Assembly (NCBI RefSeq): GCF_009914755.1
Contig: NC_060947.1
DNA length: 64,000 nt
Direction: 5' to 3' (one strand)
Origin: the human T2T-CHM13v2.0 reference genome, Homo sapiens
Positions 1 through 13,620 of this stretch are shown piece by piece (positions within the stretch are counted from its first letter, which is position 1; each line of letters opens with the position of its first letter). Made by a program: the position numbers and the translations under genes. Below the pieces are notes generated by a model that was given only the letters and a program-made list of their open reading frames with translations, ran no database searches and was not told the origin of the DNA.

Positions 1-1100
1 CAGTGAACAGGTAACTAGAGGAAGCGGGACCCATAGACATACAGAGGGATGGACATAGGGTACTACCAAGAGAAGAGGAGGCCGTGGAAGTCAAGAGATC
101 CTGTTTGTTTTTCTTTAAAGAGAGAGTGATCAGAAGTGTCAAAAACTGCAGAGAGGTCTGATAAGGACTCTGAGCAGTGCCCACTGGGCTAGAAATCAGT
201 AGGTAACTGGTAATTTTGGTGAGCGCATTTAGCAGAGTGTTAGACGAGAGACAGAAACTAGACTGCAGTTGGTTAAGAAGTGAGTGTAAAGTAAGAATGT
301 GGAGCTAGCCAATGTAGAATACTCTTCTGAGAAAATTACATGAGAAGGAGAGGAAAAGAGACTGAATATTAGCTAGAGGGGACCAAGAGCCCCAAAATGT
401 TTTGCTTTGTGTTTGCTTTGTTGTGGTTTTCTGTTGCTTATTTTTTTATAAGAGAGGCTTGAGTTTTTAAGCTTAGAGGAAAAACATAGTTGAGTTGAGT
501 TGAAAGAGAGAGAGAGAGAGAGAAGTCATCTGACTGAGCAAGATCCTGGAGGGTCCAAGACCTAGATTAACTAAAGGTGTTGGCCTTAAACAGAAAGATG
601 GCACCTTACCTTCTGAAACTTGAAGAGAAAAAAGGAAGGATGGGTCTGTATGAAGATGAGATAGTAGTTGGTGGGAGTGGGAAGTTACAGAGATCTATCC
701 TGCTGGCCTCAATTTTCTCAATGAGGTAGGAGGCAAAGTTTCCTGCCAAGAGTGAGGGAAGCAGGGTCAAGTAAGGGGCTTGAGGAAAGAAGTAAAAAGT
801 TTGGAAGAGTCATTGAGAGGATTGTGAGAGGGGTTGGACCAAGGACAAGTGAAAGGATTGATGAGTGGGGCTGCAAGCCCAGCTGAAGTTAGGAAGTGGA
901 AATTTGTAAAGGCCACAGTCTTCATGATTGTGGGATTTGCATCCAGTAGTGCTTAGCTGTTCAAACGTAGGAGCAGAGAAGGTAGTGTTGTGTGACTCCA
1001 CAGTTGGGGTTTGGGTGGGTGGATGTGGCAGAAGCATAGGGTGCCAGCAAACGGAGGGGAAGCTGAGCAGGGATTTGGGTGCTCAGCTATAGGTTCCTGC
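1..1100 (-). mobile_element. LINE-2 (L2) degenerate ORF2 fragment
   Basis: Purine-rich plus strand with motifs resembling reverse-complement L2 RT region (e.g. aggtaactggtaattttggtgag...gactgcagttggttaagaagtgagtg). Boundaries approximate. Confidence 0.6.
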
Positions 1101-1619
1101 TTGGTATGGAAGGAAGAGGGAACACGAAGGGACTAACCGACTAGGAGAATGGAGGAATCACGAGACTGAAGGTTGCTGTGAGGTAGAAGAGCAGGTGTTA
1201 GAAGGCTGGGAGGTGGGAAACAGCCCAGCATTTTCCAGTAACTGTTCCTTTTGACTGAATCATGGGACAATAGTGGAGACCCAGAAAAGTGAGGAGACCT
1301 AGAGAATGAGGAGGCCAGAGAGATAAGCAGGGCTTGATGTAGGGAGGTCTCATATGCCACTATTTGAGCTGGATGTTGCAGAAGAGGCAGAAGCAAGGCA
1401 AGCTTACAGAGGTAGTTTTACAAAGTGGCTTATGGAAAATAATAGACTTCTGGAGCCCTGTTGGGTCTTTTCCTGAATTCTTGTACTCTCTTCTGATGAT
1501 TTTAAAGTTTACTTTCCAATTCTAAAAGTCAGTGGCGCAAATCCACCCCTCCTCCTCCCTGTATAAAATCTAGGTAGTGAGAAAGTTACATTAATTCTTA
1601 TCCCAAGGAGAGTCATCTG

Positions 1620-1840
1620 TTTTGCATAGTTGAAAGAGCCCTAAATTGTGAGTCCAGAGCCTTGGATTCTAGTCCTAGGTCTACCACCAATGAACTGTAC
1701 ACATCTCCATCTCTCTGGACTTCTTTTTCATGATCTATAATGAGAGAGAAATATTACCTGTCTTGTCTATTTCCTAAGGTTGTTGTGAGGGTGAAATGAA
1801 GTCATAGATGTAAATGCACTCTGCAAAGTTAAAAGTGTAT
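1620..1840 (+). mobile_element. MIR SINE
   Basis: gaaagagcc...gagtccagagccttggattctagtcc...ggttgttgtgagggtgaaatga matches the MIR head and core. Confidence 0.8.
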
Positions 1841-2652
1841 GGTGAGCAGAATTGATGCTTATTACTGGGATCTGGCCAGGTTTGCCTTGTGTCCTTCTTC
1901 TACGTCTTGTGACAGCAGAGTCTACTTCCTGCTTCCTTCCCTCATTCCCAGTCCCCACATGCCTGTAAGTTCCCAGAAGTCAGACCTGCCCTGGTGGGAG
2001 CTGAAGGAACAGTCTCAGCAGCTCTGTCTGGGATGATGAGCCAAGAAATCAAAGACTTTCTTTGCCAAGGAAAGTGTTTTCTTTGCTTGTTTCTTCCTCT
2101 CCAATAAATCTGTCTGCCTCCACCATTCCATGATGAGGCTGATTGGCCTTGCCCTTGGTAAGTACCAGCTCAGCATGGGGATGCTGCAAGATTTGATGCC
2201 TCCCTTTTCGATACATGTTTAATTCATTGTTGCAAAGACTTGGATAGGTAAAACACTAAGCTCCCTCTGACTGGGCTTCCTGGAGAGAGGGATTCCAGCA
2301 GCTTTTAAAGGAAATGTCAAACCGTTAAGAGTTCAGGTTTCAAGCAGCTTAATGCTTTATAATGTTTTGGAATGAATGTCTCATGGATTCTTAATGCCTG
2401 GGTTATTTAGAATTGAAAATAACTGATTGGTTAGTCAATCTGATAAACACAAGACAACTACAATCAACTCTGGAGAAAGATGAATTCATTTAACTCATTG
2501 CTTTATGGCTTTCTCCCCACCAAATCTGTTAGCTGAGTTACTAATCAATCAGTCAATAAGAATTAGGCACCAACTGTATGCTCAGCTCTATACAGGTTAT
2601 TACAAAAGCCATATCAAAACAAACCAATAAAAACAAAATATATATTTCATAC

Positions 2653-3049
2653 TGCTATGGGCTGAATTGTATCCCCCCTCCCAAATTCATATGTTGAAGC
2701 TTCAATTCCTAGTGCCTCAGAATACAACTAATAGGGCCTTTAAAGAAGTAATTAAGTTAAAATGGGGTCACCAGGATGGGACCAAAATCAATATGACTAG
2801 TGTCCTTATGAGAGGAGATTAAGACACAGACAGAGAGAGACAACAAGATACAGACATGCACAGAGATGACCATGTGAAGACACGGAGAGAAGGTGGCTAT
2901 CTGCAAGCCAAGGAGAGAGGTCTCAGAAGAAACCAACCCTGCAGATACCTTGATCTTTGACTTCTAACCTGCAGAACTATGAAAAGGTACATTTCTGCTG
3001 TTTAAGCCACTCAGCCTGTGATATTTTGTTATGGCAGCCCCAGAAAACT
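2653..3049 (+). mobile_element. MaLR solo LTR (MLT1A/MLT1B-like)
   Basis: Starts tgctatgggctgaattgtatccc; contains aaaccaaccctgcagataccttgatc and tttaagccactcagcctgtgatattttgttatggcagcc, typical of MLT1. Confidence 0.85.
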
Positions 3050-3439
3050 TTTGTGTATATATACACAAAAAGTTTGTGGAGCTTGCAGTAAGATGAGAAA
3101 GAACCCACATGTAACACTTTACTACTGCTGATAGTATCTGGGAGGATGTATAGATATAGACTTTCTCCAGAAAGACTTTTCTATCACCAATCAGAATTAA
3201 AATACAAAGCTCAAAGAATATTAAAAGTCCCTTGACTTTTCTAAAACTTCAGGTCCTACTACACACTTAGGGCATCTAGAAACAGCATGGGATCTTTATC
3301 TCTGTAGTTTATCTGCTCTCCCACATACCCCTGGGCCTTTTTCTAGCCTGCTTCTCAGCCCCAGATTCCTGGCTCTATCAGGGAGAGGCAATGTGTGATC
3401 CTTTAGGTCCTGTGAGTTTCTTAAAGACATTTCATGTCA

Positions 3440-4200
3440 GTAGTTGTTAGACTTCAGAACCACCTAGAATGCCAAATAAAAATGCAGCTTCCAGGACCTC
3501 ACCTTAAAGGTCAGGTTCACTAGGTCTGCCCAGGGCCTAGAAATCTGCATTTCAGGTTTAGTAGGTCTGGTCAGGGTGTAGAAATCTGCACTCAATTTTT
3601 TTTACTCTGAGGTATACATACAAAGGAGCGTACAGATAATTTAAGTAATAACAATAAAATGAACGTCCATGTACCGACCACGGAGCTTAAGAAATAGAAC
3701 ATTTTTCTGTGTACCCTTTCCCAACTGCATTCCCCTCTTCTTCAAAGAGGCAAACTTTACCAAATTTTACGATTATCACTTCTTCACCTTTCTTTAGTGT
3801 TTCCCGCATATGATTGTGTCTCTGAACAAAAAACAAAAAAATCCTGTTTAGCTTGCTTGTTGGAGGACTTTGTATAATGGTGTTATACTGTGTATATTCT
3901 TTAGCAACTTAATCATTCAACATTGTTTTTGAGATGCATTCATGTAGATGCATTTAGCTGCAGTTTACTTATTTTCACTGCTCTACAGTATTCCATTGCA
4001 TGAATATACCACAATTTATTTATCTATTCTGTTTGTGGTCATTTGGGTTGTTTCTAGCTTTTGTTTTGTTTTGTTTTGCTATTATAAATAATACTGCCAT
4101 AAACATTCTATATATGTCTCTTGGCACACAGAAATCTTCATTTTTACCCAGCTTCCCAGATTGAGGCTAATGTAAATGGCCCAAGAAACACTCACTTTGG
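3440..4200. mobile_element. MER5-family (hAT-Charlie) relic interrupted by an old L1M 3' fragment (~3595-4128, minus)
   Basis: MER5 motifs (aaaatgcag, gaaatctgcattt) at 3440-3592, including a ~41-bp imperfect tandem duplication, resume at ~4130. The intervening sequence has L1M 3' motifs (gtattccattgcatgaatataccacaatttattt). Confidence 0.6.
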
Positions 4201-5039
4201 TCCTTCACATTCTTCAGAGTGATACATGTACAACATAAAACTCTCTTGCTAGTATTGATTTCATTTTGAAGCATGACTTTAATGCTTTATTTTGGAGGGG
4301 AAAAAATCCTCTGAATCTTCACTTTTACTTACAAAAATTCTGCTCCTAGTAAAGGGGTAAGGGACAAGAAAAGAAGGAGAGAGTAGGGGGAGTGCGAGGA
4401 AACATCCATATGTCATCTGTGCTGTATTAGAGAAGAAACCCATATGTTACAAGTATTCAACTATGTGATACAAATGATCAATGTATGGATACTTACGTAT
4501 GGATATTTTAGAGGCAGCAATCAACTCTAGGCACATAATAGTGTCAGCTTATTCATTCAATGATTAAAAACTCAAGGTAGATTGAAATAGTTAGGAAAGA
4601 CTTCCAGAAGGAGGTGGGACATAGAGTGGGCCTTGAAGGATAGACAAATTGGATTTTGGCACAAGAAATTCACAAGGTGTCAGCTAACAGCTAGAGTTGG
4701 CTTAAGAGAAAGGTAGAGGGACAACAAGGCACATTGGAAATGTAAATGGGCAGAATGAGTGGGGGTGGGGTGTTAAAAATTGCAAGTACAGTCCAACAAA
4801 GGCCTGGCAAATCTAGTTCAGTTTTAGGAAAGCACTGAAATCCCAGGGGAATCCTACCTGGGAACCAAGAAAGAGGGAACAGCTTTGGAAGTACAGGGTG
4901 AGAACCATGAGAACATCATAATAAGGGTACTATGCAGGAAATAAAGAATAAAAAAGTGGTCATGGGTCAAGGATCCAGGATAACAGGACAGCCAGAAATA
5001 AAGAAAGAAATAATTCAGATCCAGTATAGGGTTCCTCAC

Positions 5040-7385
5040 AGGTATCAAAGACTTCTCCCCACTTTCCTAGATATAAAGGAGTCTATGTTATACTATCTCT
5101 CTTCTACATACAACCTTCTATAGCGTCCATCTCCATTTTAAGTGGAAGACCTCACCTCCCACCTCATTGAGAAAAAAGAGAATTAATTAAATGGGAAATT
5201 TCTCACTTTCCCATCACCACATTTACCATCTGTACTCTTGCCTTCTGCTATGTTGAATGAACTGTCCCCTGTTAAAGGCCATCGCTTCCACTTGTTTACC
5301 GGATCCCATTTTAATCAGTTAGCATTAGGTTTATCTGAGAGCAACAGTGGTTTTAATAATAGTGGCTTAAACAAGAGAGTGTATTTCTCTTATACATAAA
5401 AGACCAAAGGTAGGCAGTTCAGGGTTGATCTGGTTACCCTGCTCCACAGAGTCTTCAGAAACCCAGGCTTTTCTCAACTTACCACATCCCTTGGGTGTGG
5501 CCAAGGTCCAAGATAGCAGCTTGAGTTCCAGCCATCACATCCAAATTTCAGGCAGTAGGATGGAGAAAGAGACAAAAGATGGGACAAAGGGCATTATGCC
5601 AGCTATCTTTCAAAAAAGTTTCCCAAGAGCTATCACATGATAGGAGACATAACTTCTGGTTACATCTTTTTGGCCAGAGATAGTAAAGTTACAAGGCTGT
5701 ATTGAGCAGCAAGAAAGGCTAGAAAGTATAATCTTTATTCTAGTAGGCCATGAAGCCAGCTATAAATTGGGAATTTTATTATTGTGGAAGAAGGGGAGAG
5801 AAATATTAGGGGATATCTAACAGTCTATGCCACAACATAACTTCTTCCCTTCTTAAGGACTTTTGCTCTCTCCACTAAGTAATTCTTATCAGCGTACAAA
5901 CTTGATTTAGCATTTATTAACCCAAAAATAAACTCTTATTTATCCTACTATCCCTCCAGCTTCCTCCCCACATTTCTGCACCCACCAACAGCAAACATTC
6001 TCCGAAGTATTGTCTACACATGCAATCTCTTCTTCCTCATCTCTCATTTATTCTTCAGTCCACTCCAGGCTGGCTTCCATACTCATCAACTCACTGAAAC
6101 CTCTCTTCTCAAGATCCCCAGAGCCCTGTATTTTGCCAAATTCAGTTTTCACATTTCAGTCCTGATTTTAACAGCTCTGTCACCAGCATTTGATACAGAT
6201 GATCTCTAATACTTTTCTTTAAAAACTATTTCTTTAAAATCTTTCCCCCTTTGGTTTTGTTAATACCACACTTTTACTAATCTGGCCACTCCTTCTCAAT
6301 GTCCTCTACCTGAACTCTAACTATTGGAGTTATCCATGCTTAGTCCTGAGCCTTCTCTTCTCTTTCTCAAATTGCTCTTTAGGTGGTTTCATTCATTCCC
6401 TCGGCTTTAAATACTATCTTTATGCTGACGATTTTCAGTGAAGACTCTAAAAAGACTCTAAAATTAGGATTCATAGATCTACCTGACCATTTAAAACCGC
6501 CACTTGGATATTTATTAGACATGTCTAACATAGCACATGCAAAACAGAACTCTTGACACCCTCCCTCCACCCAATCTGTTCCTCTCCCATCTTTCCCATT
6601 TTAGAAAATGACATTAACATATGTCAGAAACCTGAGAGTCATCGTTGATTCCTCCTTCTCTCACTTCCCAAATTCAATCCTTCAGTGAATCCTGACCATT
6701 CTATATCCAGTATGAATTTCTAATTCATCCACTTCTCCCATCTCTACTATTACTACCCTAGTCCAAGGGACCATTATCTCTTGCCCAAATTGTAAATTAA
6801 GGTAATCTTTTAAAAATGGAAATCAAATTATGTGACTCTCCTTATCAAAATTCTTAAATGCTTTTCCACCACATCTAAAATAAAATTCAAACTTTTCAGT
6901 CTGTTCTGCAAATCTCTGCATGATCTAGCCCAGTGGTCTAAATGACTCTTGCTCCATTCTCATTTCTCCTACTCTTCTCCCTTCAGCTGACTATGCTCCA
7001 CCCATATTGGCCTTCTGTACTTGCACTATGTATCATGCTCTTTCTAGCCTCAGAACTGTTTCATTTATAGTTCCCTTTGCTTGAAACGCTCATTCACTGG
7101 GTTCTTCCCATGTCTAGCTCCTTTTCAACCTTCAGGACTTGAATCACATGCTACTTCCTTATAGAGGTGTTCCCTGACTACCTAATCTGAAGTCGTTCAT
7201 ACTATTTTCTATGAGTTTTTTTTCAACGATATTGTCACAATGTACAAGCCATGAGGTCAGAGACCTTGTCTTTCTTATTTGCCACTGTATTCCAGCACCT
7301 AGCATAGCTCCTAGCAGTATGCCTGTCACTGGGCTCAAAAAATACTCAATAACTGTTTGTTGAAATGATGGATCAACAAATGGAA
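5040..7385 (+). mobile_element. L2a LINE 3' portion, interrupted by an MLT1 LTR
   Basis: L2 RT/3' motifs (cactccaggctggcttccat...cactgaaac; ctaacatagcacatgcaaaacagaactc) and L2 terminus (actcaataactgtttgttgaaatgatg). Confidence 0.8.
5314..5835 (-). mobile_element. MaLR LTR (MLT1J-like) nested in L2
   Basis: agtggcttaaacaaga...ggtaggcagttcaggg...ends cagtctatgccaca. Confidence 0.65.
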
Positions 7386-7515
7386 GTTATCTAAATCCTT
7401 TTTTAATGATTGAGAGGGGAGAAGGAAAGTACTATGGAATGAGTGAAGCTGGAAGGGCCAGCAGGCCTGCCAGTCCAAGGCCAGAGCCAGACTTCGGGTC
7501 CTGAAGGTACAATTA

Positions 7516-8484
7516 CGTAAACTAAAAATAAAATCCTAAGCCCCCCAACTGACTGAACGGACCCCCTCTTGGCCAAGAGGATGGCAGAGAAACCTTTAAA
7601 ATGGAGTTCCTTTCCAAAGGACAGGCTAATAATATTTTTTAAAATAAAAATAAAAATAGAAAACTAAGTTTCTGGCCATGATAAAAAAGGAGGTCAAACA
7701 TGCTTCATTACACTCCCTCTCTTTTGCAGTTTATTCACAATTGACCAGCATTAATGTTAAAATAGAGATCATAAGACTGACAAAATGGACTCTTTGAAAC
7801 AATAAGATAACAAATTATAAACAGAACCTAAGGCCATGCCATGCAAGGGTTAAGGCACACACCCCTACAGGTCACTCTGACCCAGTATCTTCTGGCTTGC
7901 CCTCACAACCTGACTCTAGCATAACATCACATGATGCTTACCAAACCCTTATCTTAAATTGAACATTCTTTTCTACTGACTCCAAGTATTTTTGACAAAG
8001 CTTTATTCCTTTAACCAATTGCAAATTTTAAAAATCTCTGAATACAGAAAAATAACTAATGGGTACTAGGCTTAATACCTGGGTAATGAAATAATCTGCA
8101 CAACAACCACCCATGACTCAAGTTTACCTATGTAACGAACCCTCACATGTACCCCTGAACTTAAAAGTTTAAAAGAATCTCTGAATCCACCTATAACCTG
8201 TAAGCCCCTGCTTCAAGATATCCTACCTTTTCAGGCCAAACCAATGTATACCTTCCATGTATTGTTTTACATGAAAGTTATACATTCCTTTATATGGAAG
8301 GAATGTATTCTTTGCCTGTAACTCCTGCTTCCCTAAAATATATGAAACAAAGTTACATTCTGACTGTCTCAGGAGCACTTACTCAAAGCTTCTTGGGTAT
8401 GAGTGTCCCTAGCTGTGGTCACTCATATTGGCTCAGAATAAACCTCTTTAAAATATTTTACAGTTTGGTATTTTTCCATCAACA
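7516..8484 (+). mobile_element. ERV1 solo LTR, MER4 family
   Basis: Begins (t/c)gtaaactaaaaataaaatcctaagccccccaactgactgaa; ends ggctcagaataaacctctttaaaatattttacag...tcaaca with a poly(A) signal. Confidence 0.8.
8044..8175 (+). mobile_element. Very short 5'-truncated L1 3' end (old L1PA/L1PB) inside the MER4 LTR
   Basis: gggtactaggcttaatacctgggtaatgaaataatctg...catgtacccctgaacttaaaa; TSD aatctctgaat at 8033-8043 and 8176-8186. Confidence 0.85.
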
Positions 8485-9334
8485 CTAGAAGAAATGTTGT
8501 ACATACATACTTGAGCCAAGACTTTGAGAAGAATAGAACCACTAGATGGCAAAAGGCAGATTGTAAAAGAGTATAGAGCCAAGAGTCAGAGGCAAGATGG
8601 AAACCAAATTGGAAAAGAAGTGAGTGGGCTGAGGCAAATGAAAAGGGACCCAGAAAATAGGCAGGAACATTACTGGAGAGAAGGAGAAGTTGCTGCCCAA
8701 CAATAAGCAAAATTATTGACCAAAAACTGAGAGTTTAACTTAGGCTAAAGACCATGCAATATGCAAGCGTGGGTGATCTTCTCCAGCAGTCATGAGGAAC
8801 AGAAAAGGTAGATTGCAGGACTGGCTTTGGATGGAGGCTTGTAGGAAAGATGAAGCGAAGCCCATGAGCAAGCACTGAAAGAGTAAGAGAGCTGAAAAAA
8901 TGGGTTCTTATATTCTAAGAATGAAAATTGAAGTTTAGAATTTCAGAAGTAAAGCAGTTCAGGGCGATGATGACTTCCACAGTGTGGCCAAGGCAGTGGG
9001 TAAAATGGAGCAGAGCTAAAGATAACTTGAGATGAGGGGGTCCTGAAGCCAAGAGGCCAGGAGGAGGTTAGGACTTCCATATGAAACCCTCATGCTAATG
9101 ATAGGATTTGGGTGTAGAGGAGAGCACCAGAATTTTCTGTGAATACGGGATTATAGCCATGATGCCAATAAATGCTAACAGTGAGGACACATAGAGGATA
9201 AACGGTGTAAGTGTCAAAGAAGGAAAGAATGTTGCATGAGGGTAAAAGCATGGCACTAGGAATATGCTGGTACTGTCTCTTGCTCTCAGGCTATGGGAGA
9301 AAGAACAATTCCCATAGAAGAGGGCTCCAGGTAA

Positions 9335-9803
9335 AATATATTCATCTGGATTGTCCCCAAAGCAGACTCTGAGATATGAGATTTCAGCCAGCATAAGTAG
9401 TTTGGAGATGATCACAGGAAATACCCAAAAGGAGTATTTCCTTTTGGATATAAAGGGGACTGAGCCAATAAAGGGGCGTGTTATAAATCAAGTTACCACT
9501 GTGGGTAAGTGGAGCTTAATTATGCTGGGGAATTCCAGGAGGTTGTGTAGAATATGAATCTCAGAGTTATCCCACTTAAGGGATCAACTACTCCTGTCAG
9601 TCATTGATTCAGAGCTGTCCTAGGGAATTTGTTAATCCCCTGTAACTTCTGACTTCCTATGTGTGCAGGCAAAGAGGGCTCTGGAGGCCAGAGAAAAGCC
9701 TCCAGGAAAAGACGCAGGTGCTGGCAGCTGGAAGTCAAGCTACATGGACAGAAATGATGAGGGCCAAAGGGATATGGGTAGAGCACCAATAATATCTGCT
9801 ATA
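9335..9803 (-). mobile_element. ERVL solo LTR (LTR16 family)
   Basis: agcagactctgaga...agccaataaaggggcgtgttat...agttaccactgtgggt...ggatatgggtagagcacc. Confidence 0.7.
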
Positions 9804-9840
9804 GGAAGAAATGGGCAAGGAAGGGGTCAGGATTCACTCA

Positions 9841-10203
<363 letters not shown>

Positions 10204-10214
10204 TTACTTCGGAA

Positions 10215-11310
10215 TGGACATTTAAAAATTACTTTATTAATTCTTTACTTCAGTGTGCAAATTCCTTAACACTTGACAATGCTCAAGCGATATTCAAATT
10301 TCCCCAATTATCCCAGAAATGCTCTTTACAGCTGGTTTGTCCACATCAGGATTCAGTTTCAAATCATGCAGTCATCTTGTTATGTCCCTTCAGTCTCGAA
10401 CTAGAGAACATTCTTTTTCTATTTCACGTTAAATTGACTCATTGAGGAAATCAGGCCAGTGGTTCTAAAAAATGTCCCACATTTTATATTTGTCTAAGTG
10501 CTTATTTGTGGTGTTATTTAGCTTGTTTCTCAATCTCCTGTATTTCCCAGAAACTGCACATTAGACCAAAAGGCTTGATACATTCAAATGAAATATCTTC
10601 GGCTAGAGCACATCCACATGACATTGCATCACATACAGCAGAATGTCAGAAGACACATAGTGTCTGGTTGTCCCGCTGTTAGTAATGCTATGGTTGACAA
10701 CTAGATCTGTATGATGGCAGCCAGACCCATTGTACAGTTGCTTTCCTCTTGATGATGAGAAAATAGTCTGCGTGTTGTTACCTTGGCACCATACAAATGT
10801 CCAGGTCCCCATCAGCTATTCACCTAATAGTTTTAATCCCACTTGATGATTCTTGTCTGAATCAATGAATTCATGACAGGCTTAAAAACGATTTTTAAAT
10901 TCTATCACCCTATCTCTATTTCCAAGCCAGTGTTGTTCAGGAAAGTAGAATTTACCTTGTTCAACCAGGGCAGCCCAGTGCAGTGGGTATGAGCATGGAC
11001 ATTAGAGCCAGAGGGTCTGGATTCAAATCCTAGTCCCACCTCTTGCTAGCTATGTGACTGTCACTTAACCTCTCCATGCCTCAATTTTCTTATCTATAAA
11101 ATGTTGTGTTATGATAATTAAATTAAGTAATACTAGTAAAGCAATAATAATAAAGCATGCTGCCTGGTAAGCACTATGTAAGTGTTAAATAAACAAAAAG
11201 CAAAACTATGCCTATTTGATTATATTGAAATATAGTCCTTACTGGAAAGGCAGAATAAATGCTTAATTCTTTCCCTTTAATTACCAATTCTCAAAGTAAG
11301 GATTTGGTTT
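10215..11310 (-). mobile_element. Old L1MC-type 3' UTR fragments, with a MIR (+, ~10970-11190) inside
   Basis: L1MC motifs (aggccagtggttctaaaaaatgtcccaca; gacacatagtgtctggttgtccc) and MIR motifs (gagccagagggtctggattcaaatcc; cttaacctctccatgcctcaattttct). Confidence 0.6.
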
Positions 11311-11797
11311 TATAGCTGCCACAAGGGGTGACAAATAAGTGGAAAGAACATTAAAGAGCTCAGGGAAAGATTTGGGAGGGAGGAGAGCTGGGAGAAGAGC
11401 CCAGAATGAGGACACACAGAGCAGCATGAGGCTGGGAGAAGGAGAGCACTGGAAATAGCTTTCTTTGTCTTTTTTATCCATTTTACAGAGCCTCAGTCAA
11501 AATCACACGGGGCCAGAGAAACTAAAGAAAATAGGAAGTAGCTCCTATTTAAAGGATAGTTGTTTGGCATTCACACAAATTTGCAAAAAAAAAAAAAAAT
11601 CTTTTTATTTGTCATTAGAATACTATTGCGTTATCATAATATATATTAAGTATAATATAAAATCATAAAAGAAGTTCTAAAATTTACAAAACAAAACTTT
11701 GAATAAAACAACACAAAATTATTCTAGCCCTATCATCTTGATTTATTAAATAAAATAATGAGCCTACGTTTGGTGATCCACATAAAAATGTCCCTAG

Positions 11798-12038
11798 GCA
11801 GTGCCAGCTTCATGAGCATAAGGCCCGGTGCAACTGGGGGCCCAATGCTCAGAAGGGTCCAACTGGTTTAATGATCTACTATTTTGAAATTCTGAATAAT
11901 TTTTAAACAAATAGTAATAATTATATGTTATTAACAACACAATAATAATATAATATGTTTATTTACAATAATTACACTTATAACATCATAATAATAACAT
12001 AATTTGCAATGGTTTCTGCAAATTATGTAGCTAGGGCA
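11798..12038 (+). mobile_element. MER53-like hAT relic with an AT-rich internal expansion
   Basis: gccagcttcatg...ctcagaagggtcc...ttgaaattctgaataattttt...gcaaattatgtagct. Confidence 0.65.
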
Positions 12039-12059
12039 TCTCTGGGCCCCTACCCCTGA

Positions 12060-12491
<432 letters not shown>

Positions 12492-13399
12492 TAAGCCTTG
12501 CTCTTCTTACTGACAGCTTTCTGATTTGGTTGCCTGTGTGGCTAATTTCAGTCTCTGCACCCTCCTAGGGTTCCTTTTCCTTTTCAGAACCGCTGGTGAA
12601 AGGCACTGCTCTGTGGGCAGTGCTTCCTTCCCACCCCCAAGAACACAGTTTCGCCAAAGCTGTGAGGATTGTCTGTCTTGTCCTCTTCCCCCTCAGTCTG
12701 AGCATTCTGTGTATTGCTTGTTGCTTGTTACTAAAATAAGACACATGGCCAAGAAAAGAAAAGAAACCACCCAGGCTCTACCAGGCAAGCATTTTATCAA
12801 CATGTGGACCAGCTTAGCTCTGAGGCTCTTGGACAGTTAAATAAAGGTGAGGGCTGGGTTGGAAAAGAAGGGAAGCAAAACGAGGAAACTCTGAAAAGGA
12901 TAAGATGACTCAGTCTCTCTCCCTCTTCCCGTAGGAGGGTACCTCCGTCTCTATGCCAAACAGATGTGGGGCTAATTCTTAACGAGCTCCAGGGAAGGCC
13001 ATGTCGTGGAGTTTTTAATTATAAAAGATTTAAGATATTTTGCCCATTTACAGTTTATTTTCTGTTGCCAAACACCTTTCCACAAATGATCAATATCACT
13101 TTTAAACACACTAAACTCTAATGTTTATTCTTTCCCCATCTATCATCCCCTACACCATATTTAACATATGCTTGTTCCTGCATCGACTCTGCTGTGTCTG
13201 TATACATCAGCATTCTCATATTTGGATGAGCCTTTATGTCTAAGATCGTGCATTTGCCCTTTCCCCTTTGATCCACTCTCTTTCCTTACCTTGAAACAAA
13301 AGGAATTTTTTATTAGGGGTAGCATAGTTTCCAACAGTGTATTTTGTCTGTTCACCTTATTTTTTTAAGTAAAAGGATGATTGCATAATGACAGAAAAA

Positions 13400-13620
13400 G
13401 CAATAGTAGTAGTAGTAATAGTAGTGGTAGTATTGAGTGTCTCCTATGTGCAAGTCACTGTTCATGCACTGCTTATCCTGATGACAACACTGTGATTTGA
13501 GTTTTATTGTCCCCATTTTACAGATAAGAAAACTGAGGCTCAGAGGTCAAAGGAGTTTGGCCAAAGAAGTTACCTTTTAAGTGACAGGACTGAGATGTTA
13601 ATGCCACTCTGTTGACACCA
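13400..13620 (-). mobile_element. MIR SINE
   Basis: ccccattttacagataagaaaactgaggctcagagg core. Confidence 0.85.
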
